A DNA stretch of 64,000 bases from Octopus bimaculoides (taxonomy: Eukaryota). Where the stretch lies: positions 37,708,046 through 37,772,045 of the forward strand of contig NC_068982.1 in NCBI RefSeq assembly GCF_001194135.2, given 5' to 3'. This document shows, piece after piece, positions 13,471 through 27,920 of the stretch. Positions within the stretch are counted from its first letter, which is position 1. Each line of letters starts with the position of its first letter. The position numbers and the translations under genes were made by a program. The notes beneath the pieces were generated by a model. The model was not told the DNA's origin, ran no database searches, and worked only from the letters and a program-made list of their open reading frames with translations.

Positions 13471-14980
13471 GATTTGAACAGCTCAAACTGCTCAGAATCT
13501 TCTTAATCTAATAACAATTTCTAAATTTATATAAAACTGGAATTTACTCTTCTTTGAAGTACTAATACTACATTTGAAGAAGTTTGTTCTTTTCAGCCTC
13601 TTAATAGAATTCAGAATTATATTTTTCATTAGTCATTATCTATCTTGATTTGTTTGCATTTTTTTCTTTTACCTTTTTACTATCACTACCACAACCACAG
13701 TTTCAGTTCCTCTGAATTCATTAAATATGGTTCTTTTGCATTTTCTTGTACTAAAAACAATATGCATAGTGCTTCTACAAAAACTGCAGTTCTCTGGAAC
13801 TGTTTATGACTTCCTATTTTTATAAACCTTTATCTTTCCAAAAGCAATATCAACTTCTCATACAGTCCAGAAGGCTGTAGCTCACCATATAAAATCTAGT
13901 CATTATCTTCAAAAGGATATTAGCCAAGGAATCAGTTAAAAAAACAACTTGAAAATTATGTTAAAGTTTCTCCCTGTAATATTTTTATAAATATTGATTT
14001 ATTTTCCCAAAAGAAATTGTGATTTTGTTTGTGTCTTTATTGGCTAGTAATTCTTTAAACAAAATGTTTCCTAAACATCTTTCTCTGCTAAACATTATTT
14101 ATCTCATGCCTTTGCTCTGTATTCTATCTTATATGTTGCAGAATCTTTCTATGCACTGCATGATTGCTAGAACAAAGGGAATTTTGTTTTGTAGCTTCAC
14201 TAATATCATTCACATCCTTCCTATAATTGATTTTGCAATAAAAGTCTGTTTGCCAACTTTGATCATTCAATTGAAACCATGTTTACTTTGGCTCTGATGG
14301 TGTTTTACCTGGACAAAAACTAATGGGGAAAATGTAATGACAGATAAAGGTACTTGCCAAGTAGATAATCTACAAAGGAAATTGCATCTGAATGAAAACC
14401 ACTTTAACTGGAGTCATTGTCACTATACAAATATGATTTTGATAAAAGATATCTGAATATATTCTATTAGCAACATTTGAAATGTATAATATTTTCTTGA
14501 AAGTTTTGCAATTGCAGAAAAATGGTTTTAGTTTTTGAATTACTCAGAGAAAGGATATAATGGATTACAAAAATATACATACATACAAAAGAATCCAAAA
14601 CGAAAAACAAAACTCTGGCTACAAAAATGAAATTTTGATAAAATAATATGATTGTAACTTAATGTCTTAGTTATTCTATATCAGTTTCATCCTAGATAGA
14701 AACCTTAAGGGTATATCAAATAGGTTTTGATTGTCACTATTTTGTTGCTGTTCTTGCTGAAATTATAACTTGATTTAATATTTTCTTGATATTAAAATAC
14801 TGCTCTGACATGAATACTTACATAAGATAAAAGAGAAATGAATTAGTTTATTTGAAAAAAAAAACCTACCCATTTATATTGTTAGTAACTAAAAATTTGC
14901 TATATATCACTATCATTGTGAGAAGATTGACGTTAAACCATTAACTTCAATTTACATTTTTAAAAAAAATAATTGGTTTC

Positions 14981-17422
14981 TGTTATGTTTATAGTATTCT
15001 AGGTTGTGTTTTATTTTGTTTTCTATTCTATTATTAATATGTAAACATATCTGGTCAACATCTGCATATTGTATCAATCTACTTAGTCTGTAATATTATT
15101 GTTATGCTAATGTTCTTGTGGTACTGCATGTAGTCAGGTCAATAAGATAACTAGCAGTTTGATGTAAAGAACAGTTTTCATGGTGTATCCCTTGGATCAC
15201 AAAACCCAGTTATAATAAATGTCTGAGAATCTGAACTTACTTATGATGTAGACTTTTGTAATTGTAAACACAACAGTTTCCACCAGAAAAGTATCAAATG
15301 TTTGCAGAGGATTATTGATTTACCAAAATGGGTTATCACGAGGAAAGATTGAGGTCTGCTAGCATAGAGGATCTTTAGCTGCAGATTAATCACTGCATGT
15401 CAAAATATGCTGTATGATCCTCAGATATATGGGGTATGACATATATAAAACAACAAATCTATGAGTTATGGATTTAACCAACTGCCTATGTGCCATAGGT
15501 CTCAATCAGAGATGACACGGGCTTACACAATGATGACAACAACAAAAATAATAAAGAATAATACTTTAACACTTTAGCTTTTTGGGACTTGTGAAACTTC
15601 ACTGAATTATTTTATTGTATTATAGTATGTAATACTCTATAGTATTACAAATGTTAGATAATTCTTTTGGTATTAGCTTAACTTTTATGAAGCTGGTAGA
15701 AATAAATTTTGTTAGTTCTGACCAAATGTATTAAAAGACAAACAAAATCTGTGAATACTTTTTCGATGTTGTGAGTTATAGTTCTGCTACTAACAAATCT
15801 CTTTAGAGCTTCTGAAATACTAGTCAAATATGGATTTGCAATAATCATCCTCAGACATTGATCATACTGATAATTCTTTTGTGCAAAATGAAAAATAAAA
15901 AAAACACCTTTCTATATCTAAATTAAAATAAAGTGATTCCTTATCCTGAAGATTCCAGAAATATCTGGTACTTCTAGCATTAATACTAGTCTCAATTCTG
16001 ATGAAAGAGAGTGAAAACAACTCTGAAGATAAAAGTACTGATACATTTAAGGTGGTTACAAGTTTAATACTGAAAGCTCATCCAGTAGGTCAAATTAGTG
16101 ATGAACTGTCTTCTCCAAGATTTACAATTTTTAGTCAGGAAGAATTAAAGCTAAATGTTATTGTTCATATGGATAAAGAGTTGGTAAATAAGAAGAGGAG
16201 ATGAAGAAACTGGTGATTTTTGGCCTGTTAATAGCCTGATCATAATAAGCACATGCTTGAGCAAAGATATTCATGAGCTATTTGTTCAGTTGATACTAAC
16301 TGTACTTTTTCATGTTTAGGGTTAATCTAGGCTATGTTCCTTCCAGTAAGAATTAGATAATACATCTGTAGAAAATATTATGCTGTTGTTCTTGTAATGA
16401 TTTATTAGTGAAAGTTTACTGCTACACTTTTATCTGTCAGTTAATTTCTCATCTGGAGACAAGTTGCATGTACCAGATGCAATGTTTGAAAAGAATCTTT
16501 GGTAAATACTTGCAAAATTGCTAGTTGATAGACTATAAACTTTTCGTGAGAGAAACTTGATTACTTGCACTGCTCTTTGTTACACCATTAGATTTTGGAG
16601 TGTCAGCAGGACTTTCAGTTTTCTTACAACCAAATTGAGTTTAACCAGTTCTTTAATTGAACAAATTCTGGTCCATAGTTTGATATTTCTCTAATTGGAA
16701 GCTGAAATCCAGAGAAGATAGAAATTAGATTCCTTGCATTTTCCAGACTTCTGCTGGAACATTGAAGAAGCTTGATCCCAAGACTGGTTGACTTAAGAAT
16801 ATTCAATGCTGTCTCAGCATTTGTACATATCAACATTTCATAAGTAATCTTTCTTAAGGACATAATTTGAATCACTTATCAGTTCAAGAATGTGTTTTGA
16901 TCTGATTTTAGCACATATATCACAAGATCTGACAAACTCTTCAGCAATTCTACCAAGCCTGGGCCAGTAACACAAGCACTAACTTTCTTTCGTGTTTGTT
17001 GTACACGTGTGTCATGAATTGTGGAAAAAACTTTTACATATTATCTAATTCATGCTGCCAGGAACATTGCCTGTAATCACAAAGGGAATTCAGAAGCCAC
17101 AAAGATGACTAACAGTAACAGAGTTAATCTTTCATAGAGTTATGTTATATTTATAGTATTCTAGATAGTTGCTTGTTTTGTTCTCTATTCTTTTATTCAT
17201 ATGTAAACATATACAGTCAACATCTGCACACTTTATCTATCTACCATAGTCTGTGATATAATTGTTATGCTAATGTTGTTGAAGCAGTCATTGCATGTAT
17301 TTGCATGCTTGCACACAGTCAGGACTAAAGGTGACTACCATTTTGATGTAAAGAACAGTTTTCATTGTGTAAATCATGCTACCCAGTCATAAGAGATGTC
17401 TGAAGATTTGAACCTACTTACA
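14981..17422 (-). mobile_element. Internally deleted Gypsy LTR retrotransposon relic with two LTRs and a decayed integrase
   Basis: Direct repeats at 14981-15245 and 17143-17422 both start TGTTAT; the right one ends TTACA; shared blocks include TTTGATGTAAAGAACAGTTTTCAT. The minus strand 17030-16480 gives YWPRLGRIAEEFVRSCDIC (HHCC region), ISIFSGFQLPIREISNYGPEF (core) and SPADTPKSNG. Confidence 0.8.
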
Positions 17423-17550
17423 TAATTATCATAAATACAATAGTTTTTAAGACTTCAGACAACTATAGAATATTTTCTATATATTTGGTTTTTGAATTTT
17501 CCCTTCAGAATATTTCATAATTTTGCTTAAGTAATATATATATATATATA

Positions 17551-17782
17551 TCATCATCATCATCATCATCGTTTAACGTCTGCTTTCCATGCTAGCATGG
17601 GTTGGACGACTTGACTGAGGACTGGTGAAACCGGATGGCAACACCAGGCTCCAATCTAAATTTGGCAGAGTTTCTACAGCTGGATGCCCTTCCTAACGCC
17701 AACCACTCAGAGAGTGTAGTAGGTGCTTTTACGTGTCACCTGCACGAAGGCCAGTCAGGCGATACTGGCAACGGCCATGCTC
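17551..17782 (-). mobile_element. Young RTE 3' UTR copy (GAT tail), runs into an assembly gap
   Basis: (CAT)n gtttaacgtc…ctggatgcccttcctaacgccaaccactc; CpGs are retained. Confidence 0.9.
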
Positions 17783-18077
17783 NNNNNNNNNNNNNNNNNN
17801 NNNNNNNNNNNNNNNNNNNNNNNNNNNNNNNNNNNNNNNNNNNNNNNNNNNNNNNNNNNNNNNNNNNNNNNNNNNNNNNNNNNNNNNNNNNNNNNNNNNN
17901 NNNNNNNNNNNNNNNNNNNNNNNNNNNNNNNNNNNNNNNNNNNNNNNNNNNNNNNNNNNNNNNNNNNNNNNNNNNNNNNNNNNNNNNNNNNNNNNNNNNN
18001 NNNNNNNNNNNNNNNNNNNNNNNNNNNNNNNNNNNNNNNNNNNNNNNNNNNNNNNNNNNNNNNNNNNNNNNNNNNNN

Positions 18078-18109
<32 letters not shown>

Positions 18110-18559
18110 GGCATTTCATTCCCAAATGGTTGCATTCATTTGTTTTCCTAGACCTCTTGTTCTCCGCTGATACAATTTAAATTTTCTTACTTCAGTTATC
18201 TATACTCTTTTACTAAGCGTACTCCTTAATTTTTCTTCAGCAAACCCATTCACTGCCTATGGATTTTTCATGGCATCAAACTGGGAATGTTATGAAAAAA
18301 TATTAACTACTTACTATTCTGAAGTCTTTATGACATTTCAATTTTGGTGAAGTAATGTCCCCTCACTATAATAATGATGATCTAGAATATTAATGTTTGT
18401 ACATAGAAAATATATATATTTCAAATTCTAAAAATGTTCACATTTCACACATTTAGATGCATATAAAGAGAAAAAATCTGAGGGTAGAGATGGACCTTGT
18501 GCATACATATTTTTACACTAAAAATTTCATAGAAGTCATAGCTGGTCTTATCCTATATT

Positions 18560-19260
18560 CCATCTATTCATCTTCTCCATCTTCAAGGAGGTAGAGTCCT
18601 CAGGTATTTCCTCCATATGGTCCTATCAGAAGCAACTGTCATTAGATTTTCCGGCTGGATTCCCAAGTACAACCATCTGAGACTGGATATTATTCAGCCA
18701 TCTCATTCTTGGTCTACCCTTAGTTTTCTCGCTGATTGGCACAGTTTGAAGAATCTGTCTTGTGATTCTTTCCTGCAGCATTCTAATCACATGTTTGTAG
18801 TACTGAAGCTGTGACCTCTCAATGCAAAGTAGTGGCTTCACCGGGAGAGACTCCCTGATCTCTGAGCTACACACTCTACTGAGTAACATTACTCTAGAAA
18901 TCCTTTGGAGGAATCCCATTTCAGCCACATGAATTCACAATCATACTCTTTCTGTCATTACCCAACATTCATCATGACCATAGATGAGGATAGCCATGGA
19001 AACAGAATTTAACAACTGTCACAACCATTCTCTGTTCACTAGACCTCAAAGTATGGTTAAACTTCTCGAAGCTTAGTAAGCAGCATATTATTTGTTTTTT
19101 GCCAATAACATCTTTTGCAGGTCTCTCACCAGAGATAAAATGATAGTAGTTCCACATTATGGCACAAATCCAAACTGTATAGATTCCATCCCAAATCTAT
19201 CTTGCATTGTGCTTCTTCTACCATTTTCAGTAATTGATTAATTTACTTGGATCACATATA
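18560..19260 (-). mobile_element. Decayed RTE-clade LINE 3' portion (second family) plus an adjacent RT fragment
   Basis: AEMGFLQRISR…SSEIRESLPVKPLL…KGRPRMRWL (ORF 18626-18928), preceded by an ILIYGHxxxWVMTER-like remnant. 19060-19260 has a QFGFVP…EK remnant. Confidence 0.75.
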
Positions 19261-19974
19261 GTTTACACATCTCTTGCACTTTTCCTTTACTATTGCAGCA
19301 ATTGGCTAGTTTGCTGTTTTCTCAGTCATTGGAGATGATTGGTTTGAGAGTTTTAAGGGTCAGCTTAACATTTTACAACACTGAATATTGATAAAATAAG
19401 TTCTGATGTATTAGGATGAGTAGTCAAAATTGATCAAGACTAATGTTTAACATGGATTGGAATAAATGAGAAAAATGTTTTCCAACTACCTCTAATTGTA
19501 ATAGACTGATTAACATCAACAACAACAGCAACAATGGTAATAATGATGATGATGATGATGATGATGATGATAATAACAACATCAAAAACACAATAACTTA
19601 ATTAAACATACATTGTTATATTACAGGGGCTATACATCTTTTAATTAAGATATTGTTTTGATTCTTTTATTACTGAATGCTAGTTTTTCATTTTAATTTG
19701 TCTTTATAATCCCCACTTGGATATGTATCTGCGCATGTACACACACACACACGCACATGCACACACACACACACACATGCGCATGCACACACACATAGCC
19801 ACACACATGCGTGTATGTATTAGTACAAATATAACTGTATGGTTAAATTTGCTTCTCAGTCACATAGTTTTGGTTTGTCCCAACTGGGTAAGCATGTTCT
19901 ATCAGAGTTTTAATTTGACCAATATCTTGTAGCTGGAATTTAACAGACATAACTCTATGGAAGCCCATCATATA

Positions 19975-20200
19975 CCATCGTCATCATTGCTTTAATGTCC
20001 ACTTTTCCATGCTTGCATGGGTCAGGTGGAATTTGTTTGAATCAGATTTTCTATGGATGGATGCCTTTCCTATCACCAATTGTTACATAACTAGACATGT
20101 TTTATTTCCACTAAATATCAGAAACAAAGGACACCACTTGCATGACAGTGGCATTTATTTACAACTATCACATAAAGCCAAGGCAAGGAGGCAATAACAT
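19975..20200 (-). mobile_element. 3' half of SINE family B (RTE-tailed variant)
   Basis: Same body and terminus as 1150-1425 and 21360-21700. Confidence 0.7.

Positions 20201-20201
<1 letters not shown>

Positions 20202-20292
<91 letters not shown>
20202..20292. repeat. (CA)n microsatellite
   Basis: Pure run of about 45 units. Confidence 0.97.
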
Positions 20293-20293
<1 letters not shown>

Positions 20294-20430
20294 AATATAT
20301 ATATATGGAGGAGATGTCCTCCTGGGGCTAAAAGCAACAGTAACATCCACCCCTAGGGGTCAGCCACACTTAAGTGGCAATATACTACACTTTATCGTGC
20401 AGTTACTGTTAATACTTCATTTAGAGAATT

Positions 20431-20473
<43 letters not shown>

Positions 20474-20678
20474 CGTGTGTGTGTGTGTATGTATATATGT
20501 ATATATGTGTCTTTTCACCTCCAATGATAGAGAGCAGTCACCATGTTTCACTCCATAACTGCCATCTCTGAAGAGTGCAGAGTTACATGAGTGGGCTGTT
20601 ATCTAACACTCTGTTCAACCCCTAGTGTGAAACTGGTTTGTAAGATCAGCCATAATGGATATGTAATATTGTACACAT

Positions 20679-20722
<44 letters not shown>

Positions 20723-20770
20723 TGAGCTTCTTCCAGTTTCTGTCTACAAAATCTATAGTAGAGTTGATAT

Positions 20771-21350
20771 CATCATCATCATCATCGTTTAACGTCCGCC
20801 TTCCATGCTGGCATGGGTTGGACAGTTTGACTGAGGACTGGAGATTGTAGTCGGTGCTTTTTATGTGCCACTGGCATGAGGGCCAGTTAGGCGGTTCTGG
20901 CAACAACCATGCTCAAAAGATGTTTTTACATGCTACCTGCACAGGACCCAGTCTGGCGGCACTGGCAACGACTATGCTCAAATGTTGACTTTCATGTGCC
21001 ACCGGCACATGTGCCGGTAAGGCAGTGCTGACAACAATCACACTCGAATGGTGCTTTTCATGTGTCACCGGCACGGGAGCCAATCCGTATGATCACGCTC
21101 AGATATGCTTCTCTTAACGTTCCACTGGCATGAGTGCCAATCAGGCGGTAGTGTCATTGACCACATCAGCGATTTTTGTTTATTTACACTTGCCTCAATA
21201 GGTCTTCGCAAGCGAAGTTCATTGTCCAATGAATGAGGGGTACTCATAAGTGAGCCGGTTACACCCCACATTTGGACGTGCTTTTAACGTTCCACTGGCA
21301 CAAGTGCCAATCAAGCAGTACTGTCGTCGGCCACGTCAGCAATTCACCCC
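20771..21350 (-). mobile_element. RTE 3' UTR copy with several ~65-bp internal subrepeats
   Basis: GAT tail at the left. Recurrent ttttacatg/cttttaacgt…ccactggca units. Confidence 0.85.
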
Positions 21351-21359
21351 CTTCTCTTT

Positions 21360-21895
21360 ATCATCATTGTTTTACCATCCATTTTTCCATACTTGCATAG
21401 TTCAGGCATGAGGATGTTGGACAGAGTTTTTTTCTATGGTTGGATGCCTTTCCTCTCACTAACCTTCTACTTGTTTCCTAGTGAAGTAATAATCTCCCAG
21501 TCTATCAAACAACAAACAGCCTGGACATGTTTATGTGGAGAACTGGAAACATAAATGAATATTTTCTTTACGAAAACAGCATGATGTGTCAAGACATGTC
21601 AAAGAGCCTGGGTATGCAATGGAGTGACATTGTCAATGTGCATCGTTTATTGCTAATGAACATGTGAAGACAATGGAAATACAGACTCACTCACACAAAC
21701 CCACACATGCACACACACACATACACACACGCACAGAACAAACTTCTTTCAGTTTTCATCTACCAACTCCACTCACAATGCTTTGGTAGGCCTGGGTCTA
21801 TAGCAGAAGACATTTGCCCTAGATACCATGCAGTGGAACTGTACCTGAAACTATGTGGTTGGGAAACAAACTTCTTAACCACAGAGCTATACTTG
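21360..21895 (-). mobile_element. SINE family B, complete RTE-tailed variant
   Basis: Head 21895-21740, CA microsatellite, body, then an RTE-like terminus ending near 21360. Confidence 0.75.
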
Positions 21896-21902
21896 TATCT
21901 AT

Positions 21903-22090
<188 letters not shown>

Positions 22091-22563
22091 GCATGGGAGT
22101 ATATGTGTATAGAAATCTAATATTATTTATGGAAATATATAAACAGTGGCAGACTGACAAGTTTGCATAGCAATTGCTCTAACAACGAATGGGTACATCT
22201 AAACATAGTCAGCAATTTTGTTTATCAAATGCAGAAGTAATAAGAAAACCCAAGATACATGAAAATCTAAAGAGAGCATATTCTTAGCTAAAGAATTACA
22301 AGAACTCCTGTATGGGTTTTGTTACTAAAAATTCACAATACTGGCAGAGTTCAGATGTTTCTCAAATGCTAAAGTAACATTAGTTTAAGTACTAGTTTTA
22401 TTCCTGAGTCTCATATGCTTAGCTTATTAGTCTTGTTGGGTTGTACATGAAATAAAATGCTATGCTTTTTGTTTTCAAATGTATGTGTCTGCAATTGTGT
22501 ACATATTTTTGTACATATATTTTTGAATTGCTAGAATGGCAAAGAAACAGAAATTAACTATAT

Positions 22564-22975
22564 GTCATCATCGTTGTTTATTTCTGTATACCAACATGGG
22601 TTAGACGAAACTTAACGAGGAAGCTTTTTCTTTGGTTGAATCCTCCTTCTGTGTCAAATTCTTGTTTGTCAAGTCAGACATTTTTTTCTCATTAATCATC
22701 ACAATTCTTGTGAACTGTGAAACATTTGTTCACTGAAGCAAGAAAACAATGTCACTGCTTTTTAGTCAGACCTGTTAATGATTATATGTGGTATCAATAG
22801 TCATGTGTACAATGCCCAATGCACTGTAGTTTCTATCTACCAAATCCACGCACAAGTCTTTGGTCTACCAAAGGCAATAGAAGAAACCACTTGTACAAAA
22901 TGCTGTATAATGGGACTGAATCCAAGACCACATTGTTGAGAAGGAAGCTTCTTAATTACACAGCCATGCCTGCAC
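22564..22975 (-). mobile_element. Decayed SINE family B copy
   Basis: Head gtgcaggcatggctgtgtaattaagaagctt… on the minus strand; eroded RTE-like tail at 22564. Confidence 0.6.
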
Positions 22976-23109
22976 CTATAGATGGGTTACTCTATACTTT
23001 TGTAGTGTACAAATTTATTATTCTTATGCGAAAATGTTGTTGGCAGTGACTTTGAAGTTTCGGCTGCCATTGTCCAATGGTGGCTTAGCTGGCTGAAACT
23101 TTGGATTCA

Positions 23110-23263
23110 CTCTCATTAAGAAGGGCATCCAACTGTAGAAACCATGCCAGAGTTGACACTGGAGATTGATGCAGTCCTTGGGTCCATTAGATCCTGTACA
23201 ACCTTCTAACCAATACCAGCATGGAACATGGTCATTAAAAAATTATGATGATGATGATGATGA
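23110..23263 (+). mobile_element. RTE 3' UTR-only copy
   Basis: aagaagggcatccaactgtagaaaccatgcc…cagcatggaacatgg…(GAT)n. Confidence 0.8.
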
Positions 23264-23318
23264 CACACACACACACACACACACACATATGGAACTTGGA
23301 TGTTAAATAACAATGACG

Positions 23319-23387
<69 letters not shown>

Positions 23388-23391
23388 TGTG

Positions 23392-23432
<41 letters not shown>

Positions 23433-23878
23433 ATCTATATATGTGTGATTTAGAATTTGTTTTACAGCAAGGAAATCTTTTGAATGTTGCGAGAATTATG
23501 TTGAAAAGTTCCACTTCTAAGATTTTAGAATATAGAAGATTTTAAGATATAGCCGACATGATTCTCAATTATAATACATCAACAAGAGATGGCTATGTCA
23601 CTAGAATGTTAGACTGGCTGCTTAATAGAATGGTACCTCTCTGTTCTAAGATCAGATCATATCAGAATTGTTTGACATTGCTTTTCATTATTCCAGAATC
23701 AATAAATCAAGCAGAAAGAAATAAATACTAGCAATATACTTAAATTGATTATATCAGTTGTACACCCTCCTTTACAAAAAGGGGGCTTTGTACCTGTGAA
23801 AAAGAAATTATCATTAATCTTCTATATTCCTTGTTGATGCTGTTCACATTTGCTCTCTACCAATGAACGTATTACAAT

Positions 23879-24082
23879 TTCTTCTTCTTCTTCTTCTTCT
23901 TCTTCTTCTTCTTCTTCTTCTTCTTCTTCTTCTTCTTCTTCTTCTTCTTCTTCTTCTTCTTCTTCTTCTTCTTCNNNNNNNNNNNNNNNNNNNNNNNNNN
24001 NNNNNNNNNNNNNNNNNNNNNNNNNNNNNNNNNNNNNCCTCCTCCTCCTCCTCCTCCTCATCATCATCATCATCATCATCAT
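23879..24082. repeat. (TTC)n, gap, then (CCT)n/(ATC)n compound microsatellite
   Basis: Direct reading; gap at 23975-24037. Confidence 0.95.
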
Positions 24083-24419
24083 TTTGTGTTGTTCATTTCA
24101 ATCTATTAATTACATTAATGGAATAGTCAATTATCTTCACTATTTCATCTAGTTCTTTGTATTAGACACATCTCCTATGCTGCTAGTAATTTTTCTGAAT
24201 AAAAACATGCTAATGTTTTTTTTTTCCTTCTCTGATTTTATGTTATTACTGCAATCTGTTTTGTAGTAGTTTAAAGGTATTTCAAATCCATGCATTTGAT
24301 TGATTTCTTTCATTCCACTATATTTTATAAACCTTCTCAATTTTTACTTTACATCAGTTATGATATTTGATGCGTAAATAGTAATTCTAGACATTTTACT
24401 GATTTCTATGATATTGTTT

Positions 24420-26950
24420 AAAATGGCAGAAGGGACAAATTTTCAATCCACAAAACAAATATGAATCAGATAACATAGTATTTAATGATAGTAAAAGTCA
24501 AGTGCCAATTATCCCCTGCAGAAAGGACTATGATTATCTCTTACTCTGTTAGAATAATATTCAGCCCCTCTCCTAAATCTTCACAGCATTAGTTATAGAT
24601 AATTATCTTTTACTACCTTCCTAGAATCTCTTACAATTGTTGTCTATGAAACCTTATTGGAAGAGTTTCACCTCTTCTTCAAAGCTAAGTTGAATATTAA
24701 TAATTGAGTATTTTATGAGTAATATGAATGAGAATATTAATGATTGCCATGAGTATTTCAGCTAGACAATAGAGCACTAGCTTACTGATCAAAGAGTTCG
24801 CACTATCCATTCTGTTGCTGTGTCTATGGCAAATATACTAAACTCTCAATAAATTCAGTCCATGCAGTTGTAAATGACTGTAATATTGAAGTATAATTTT
24901 CAGCTGTGATCCAGTAGTGCCTCTGTGTTATAGCATAACTAACATGCATGTTGTGAGATGCAGTACTGAAACTAAATTGTATCATGCAACAGGAAACCAT
25001 ATCCTTCTGTAAACTACTGTATGAAAGTCTTCAGTCATTCCCCACAAGCTTGTATTCCATGGCTTTATTTTCTGTTAATACAGTGGTTGGCTCCACAGGA
25101 TTCCATAACTGTTATTTTATGTCTCACAAATTGTACTGAAATTTGATGTAGTTAACGTTGATGTAAAATATATAAGAATCTGAAAGTTTTTGAAGATAAA
25201 TTTGTTACTTTATTTTTACTGTGCTCTTCAGTTGATATCTAGTCAGTACTGAATGAGGATGTGAAACTCTTTCTGTGGTGGGTTAATTTGAGGCTGCAGT
25301 GATTGAGAAGTTAATGACTCTATGAGATGAATTGGTTGGTACAGTTGGTAGAGATCAATGATCCTGTGCAATGAGACAAGTAATTGGTCAGTGATTGTTG
25401 AGATGGTGATTTCAGCTGACAGTTATGGCAAAACAACCTAAATATGTGGGCTGTTGAACTGGGATAAATGGCATGTTGTTGAATAATTTGTAATATTTTG
25501 AGAATGTTTTACAACTTCCAAAATATTGGCTTTAAACGATCCTTTTTTCTATCTGTCTGTCTGTCTGTCTCTATCTCTGTCTCTGTCTGTCTCTCTCTCT
25601 CTCTCACACACACACATATACAGTCACTTAAGTTTGACATAGCACACAAAAATGTAAGAATAAGATTTTGGGTTTTTATCAACCGCATATGTAGCTGAAA
25701 TTAGATCTCATTGATTTAATTTGCTCTTTTGTCTTGTGTTAAGGTCGTTAGTGAAACCAGTTCATCCAAATAAAGCCAACTATTGCTGTAGTATAGATTC
25801 TGAGAATCACAACAGGTAAACATTTGTACCAGGCATATATGATTGAATCTTGGATACTGAAATTTTCTAGTAAGCATTCAGTATTCCACAAATTCTGAAT
25901 TGTGACAATCTTTGTAAGTTCTCAATTTGATGACGCATTTTCTAATGTTCCAGTGAATGATAAAGGCCATTCTATATGTTGCAGAAGATGTTGGTTTCTT
26001 TGTTGAACCATGGGATTTGTTAGCCATCCAGACTGCTTTTTGATTCTGCTGTTAACTCTTCCAGTCTTCTTAGCCAGTGATGAATTAGTCTGCAGTGAAT
26101 ATAAGGAGTTAGCATCCATATTCTTTGCTCACTTTATGTACTTGATATTGATGCTAGACTACTTGCTACACCTAGAAGAGAGTGCGTAAAGAGAGAGTAA
26201 ATAAAAATTTTTCATGGCAATAAATTCCTGCTGTTGTTTTTTGAATGCAGGATCATTCAAAAAATATTTCTTAATAGAAAATTGATAAAAAGTGGTGATG
26301 CTACATAGTAAGGATATGCTTCATGGCATTTATAGCATGTTGATATTTCTTTAATTGGTTGATATGTTGGAAGAGAGTTGCTAGCTACTGAAAGGTTGTG
26401 AATGTATGCATACTGAAACAGGAGTTTGCAATAAACATGGTCAGTTAAGTGCCAAAATATATTTTTGGCATTTCTTAACTAAAATAAAATGTTATAAAAC
26501 TCAAATAGGTGACGATGGCTGGTTATGACTAATTTTTGTGTCTTCTTGTGGCATTGGTGTATAAAGGAAATATTGAGGATAGAAATTAATATTTTGCTAT
26601 GTAATGATGTAAAGAAATTTTAGAGATGCAGAATCATTGTTCACTCCCACTGGTGTTACTGAGTCCATCACAATCCTGATGTTGTCATTTGTTCATTTGA
26701 GGGCCTCATGTCAGGATGATATCAAGTTGCTTTTTTCTGTGAGCCTTATGATTTTAAATTTAAGCATGTATTCACACCCTGCTCTGCTGTAGCTAGCTTC
26801 AGTGAAGTCTGCAAGAATGGTGATTATAGTGGTTGATACCATACATTTTGTATTATACAATTCCTGTTTATCTAACATTTTTGTGGTCCTTATGATTTTG
26901 AATTTGACCATGTGATCAACAGCAGGATACTTTCAATCCAAAAGATAACA
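24420..26950 (-). mobile_element. Highly decayed Gypsy-like pol relic with polypurine tract
   Basis: The minus strand has KYIK*AKNMDANSLYSL near 26150-26090 (RNase H end, YIxGxxNxxADxLSRL-like) and CHNCQLKSPSQQ near 25430-25395 (integrase CxxC). A PPT-like AGGAGAGGGG lies at 24574-24565. Confidence 0.45.
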
Positions 26951-26989
26951 GATAGATAGAACCTATATGTAGGTTCTTATGTAAGAAGC

Positions 26990-27340
26990 AGTCAAAGGAT
27001 TTTTTGATGTCAAGGTAACAATCTTTTTTTTTTGTTTGGCAAAATTTCTCAAGGATAAGAGACCATTAATAAATAGTGTAATGGACCAAATCTCCAGTAG
27101 CTTTGGCTTAGTCACTAAGGTCACCAAGAGAGAAGATAAAGAAAGACTTAAGATGATGGATATGGTTGTTTCAAACATATCCATCATCTCGAGATGTTGA
27201 ATATGAGTGGATTGGAGTTAGATTGGATTTTGACAGTGCCTGAGTGGTCACTCTTTTTGAAAAGAGATAAAGTGTAAAGGAGTGAAAAATTGAACAAGCT
27301 TGATGAGAATAAGAGCTAGCTCTGAAGGACATATTTTGAG
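26990..27340 (+). mobile_element. Decayed CR1/L2-type RT fragment
   Basis: FLKDKRPLINSVMDQISSSFGLVTKV resembles the FLxxRxQxVxVxGxxSxxxxVxxGVPQG segment. Confidence 0.4.
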
Positions 27341-27371
27341 GGTTATGTACATACACACACATACATATATT

Positions 27372-27413
<42 letters not shown>

Positions 27414-27485
27414 CACATATACACATACATGTATATAACACACATATATATATATTATATATATATATATTATATATATATATAT

Positions 27486-27920
27486 ATGTTGTCTGAGAGA
27501 GAGATGGTAATTTTGAGAAGGACTGAGAGAGCAATGGTAAGAGAAATGTATGGGGTGAAGCTGTTTGATAAGAGGAGGACTGAGGATTTGATGGGAATGC
27601 TGGGGTTGGAGGAATCAGTGGAATGGTTGGAAAGGGGGAGTGGAGAGAGGTGGTATGGGCATGTGTTGAGGAGGGATGAAGAGCATGTCTGAGGAGGGTG
27701 ATTGCGTTTGAGGTAAATGGAGAATGAAAAGGAGGTAGACCAAGGAAAAAGTGGAGGAGATTGGGAGGGTTGGCTTGAAAAAGGAGGACTCCCAAAACCG
27801 AGCAAGATGGTGAGATGGTGTGAGGGGGGTTGCTATGGCATTGACATAGATCTGACCACCCCCGTTAACAAGGACAAAACCTGGATTTAAAACACTGGAT
27901 GATGATAATGATGATGATGA

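Noticed and set aside
26090-26119. MDANSLYS resembling the family-B DNA polymerase motif (DANNLYG) of Polintons
   Set aside because: The upstream context KYIK*AKN fits the end of Gypsy RNase H better, and no other polB motif is nearby.
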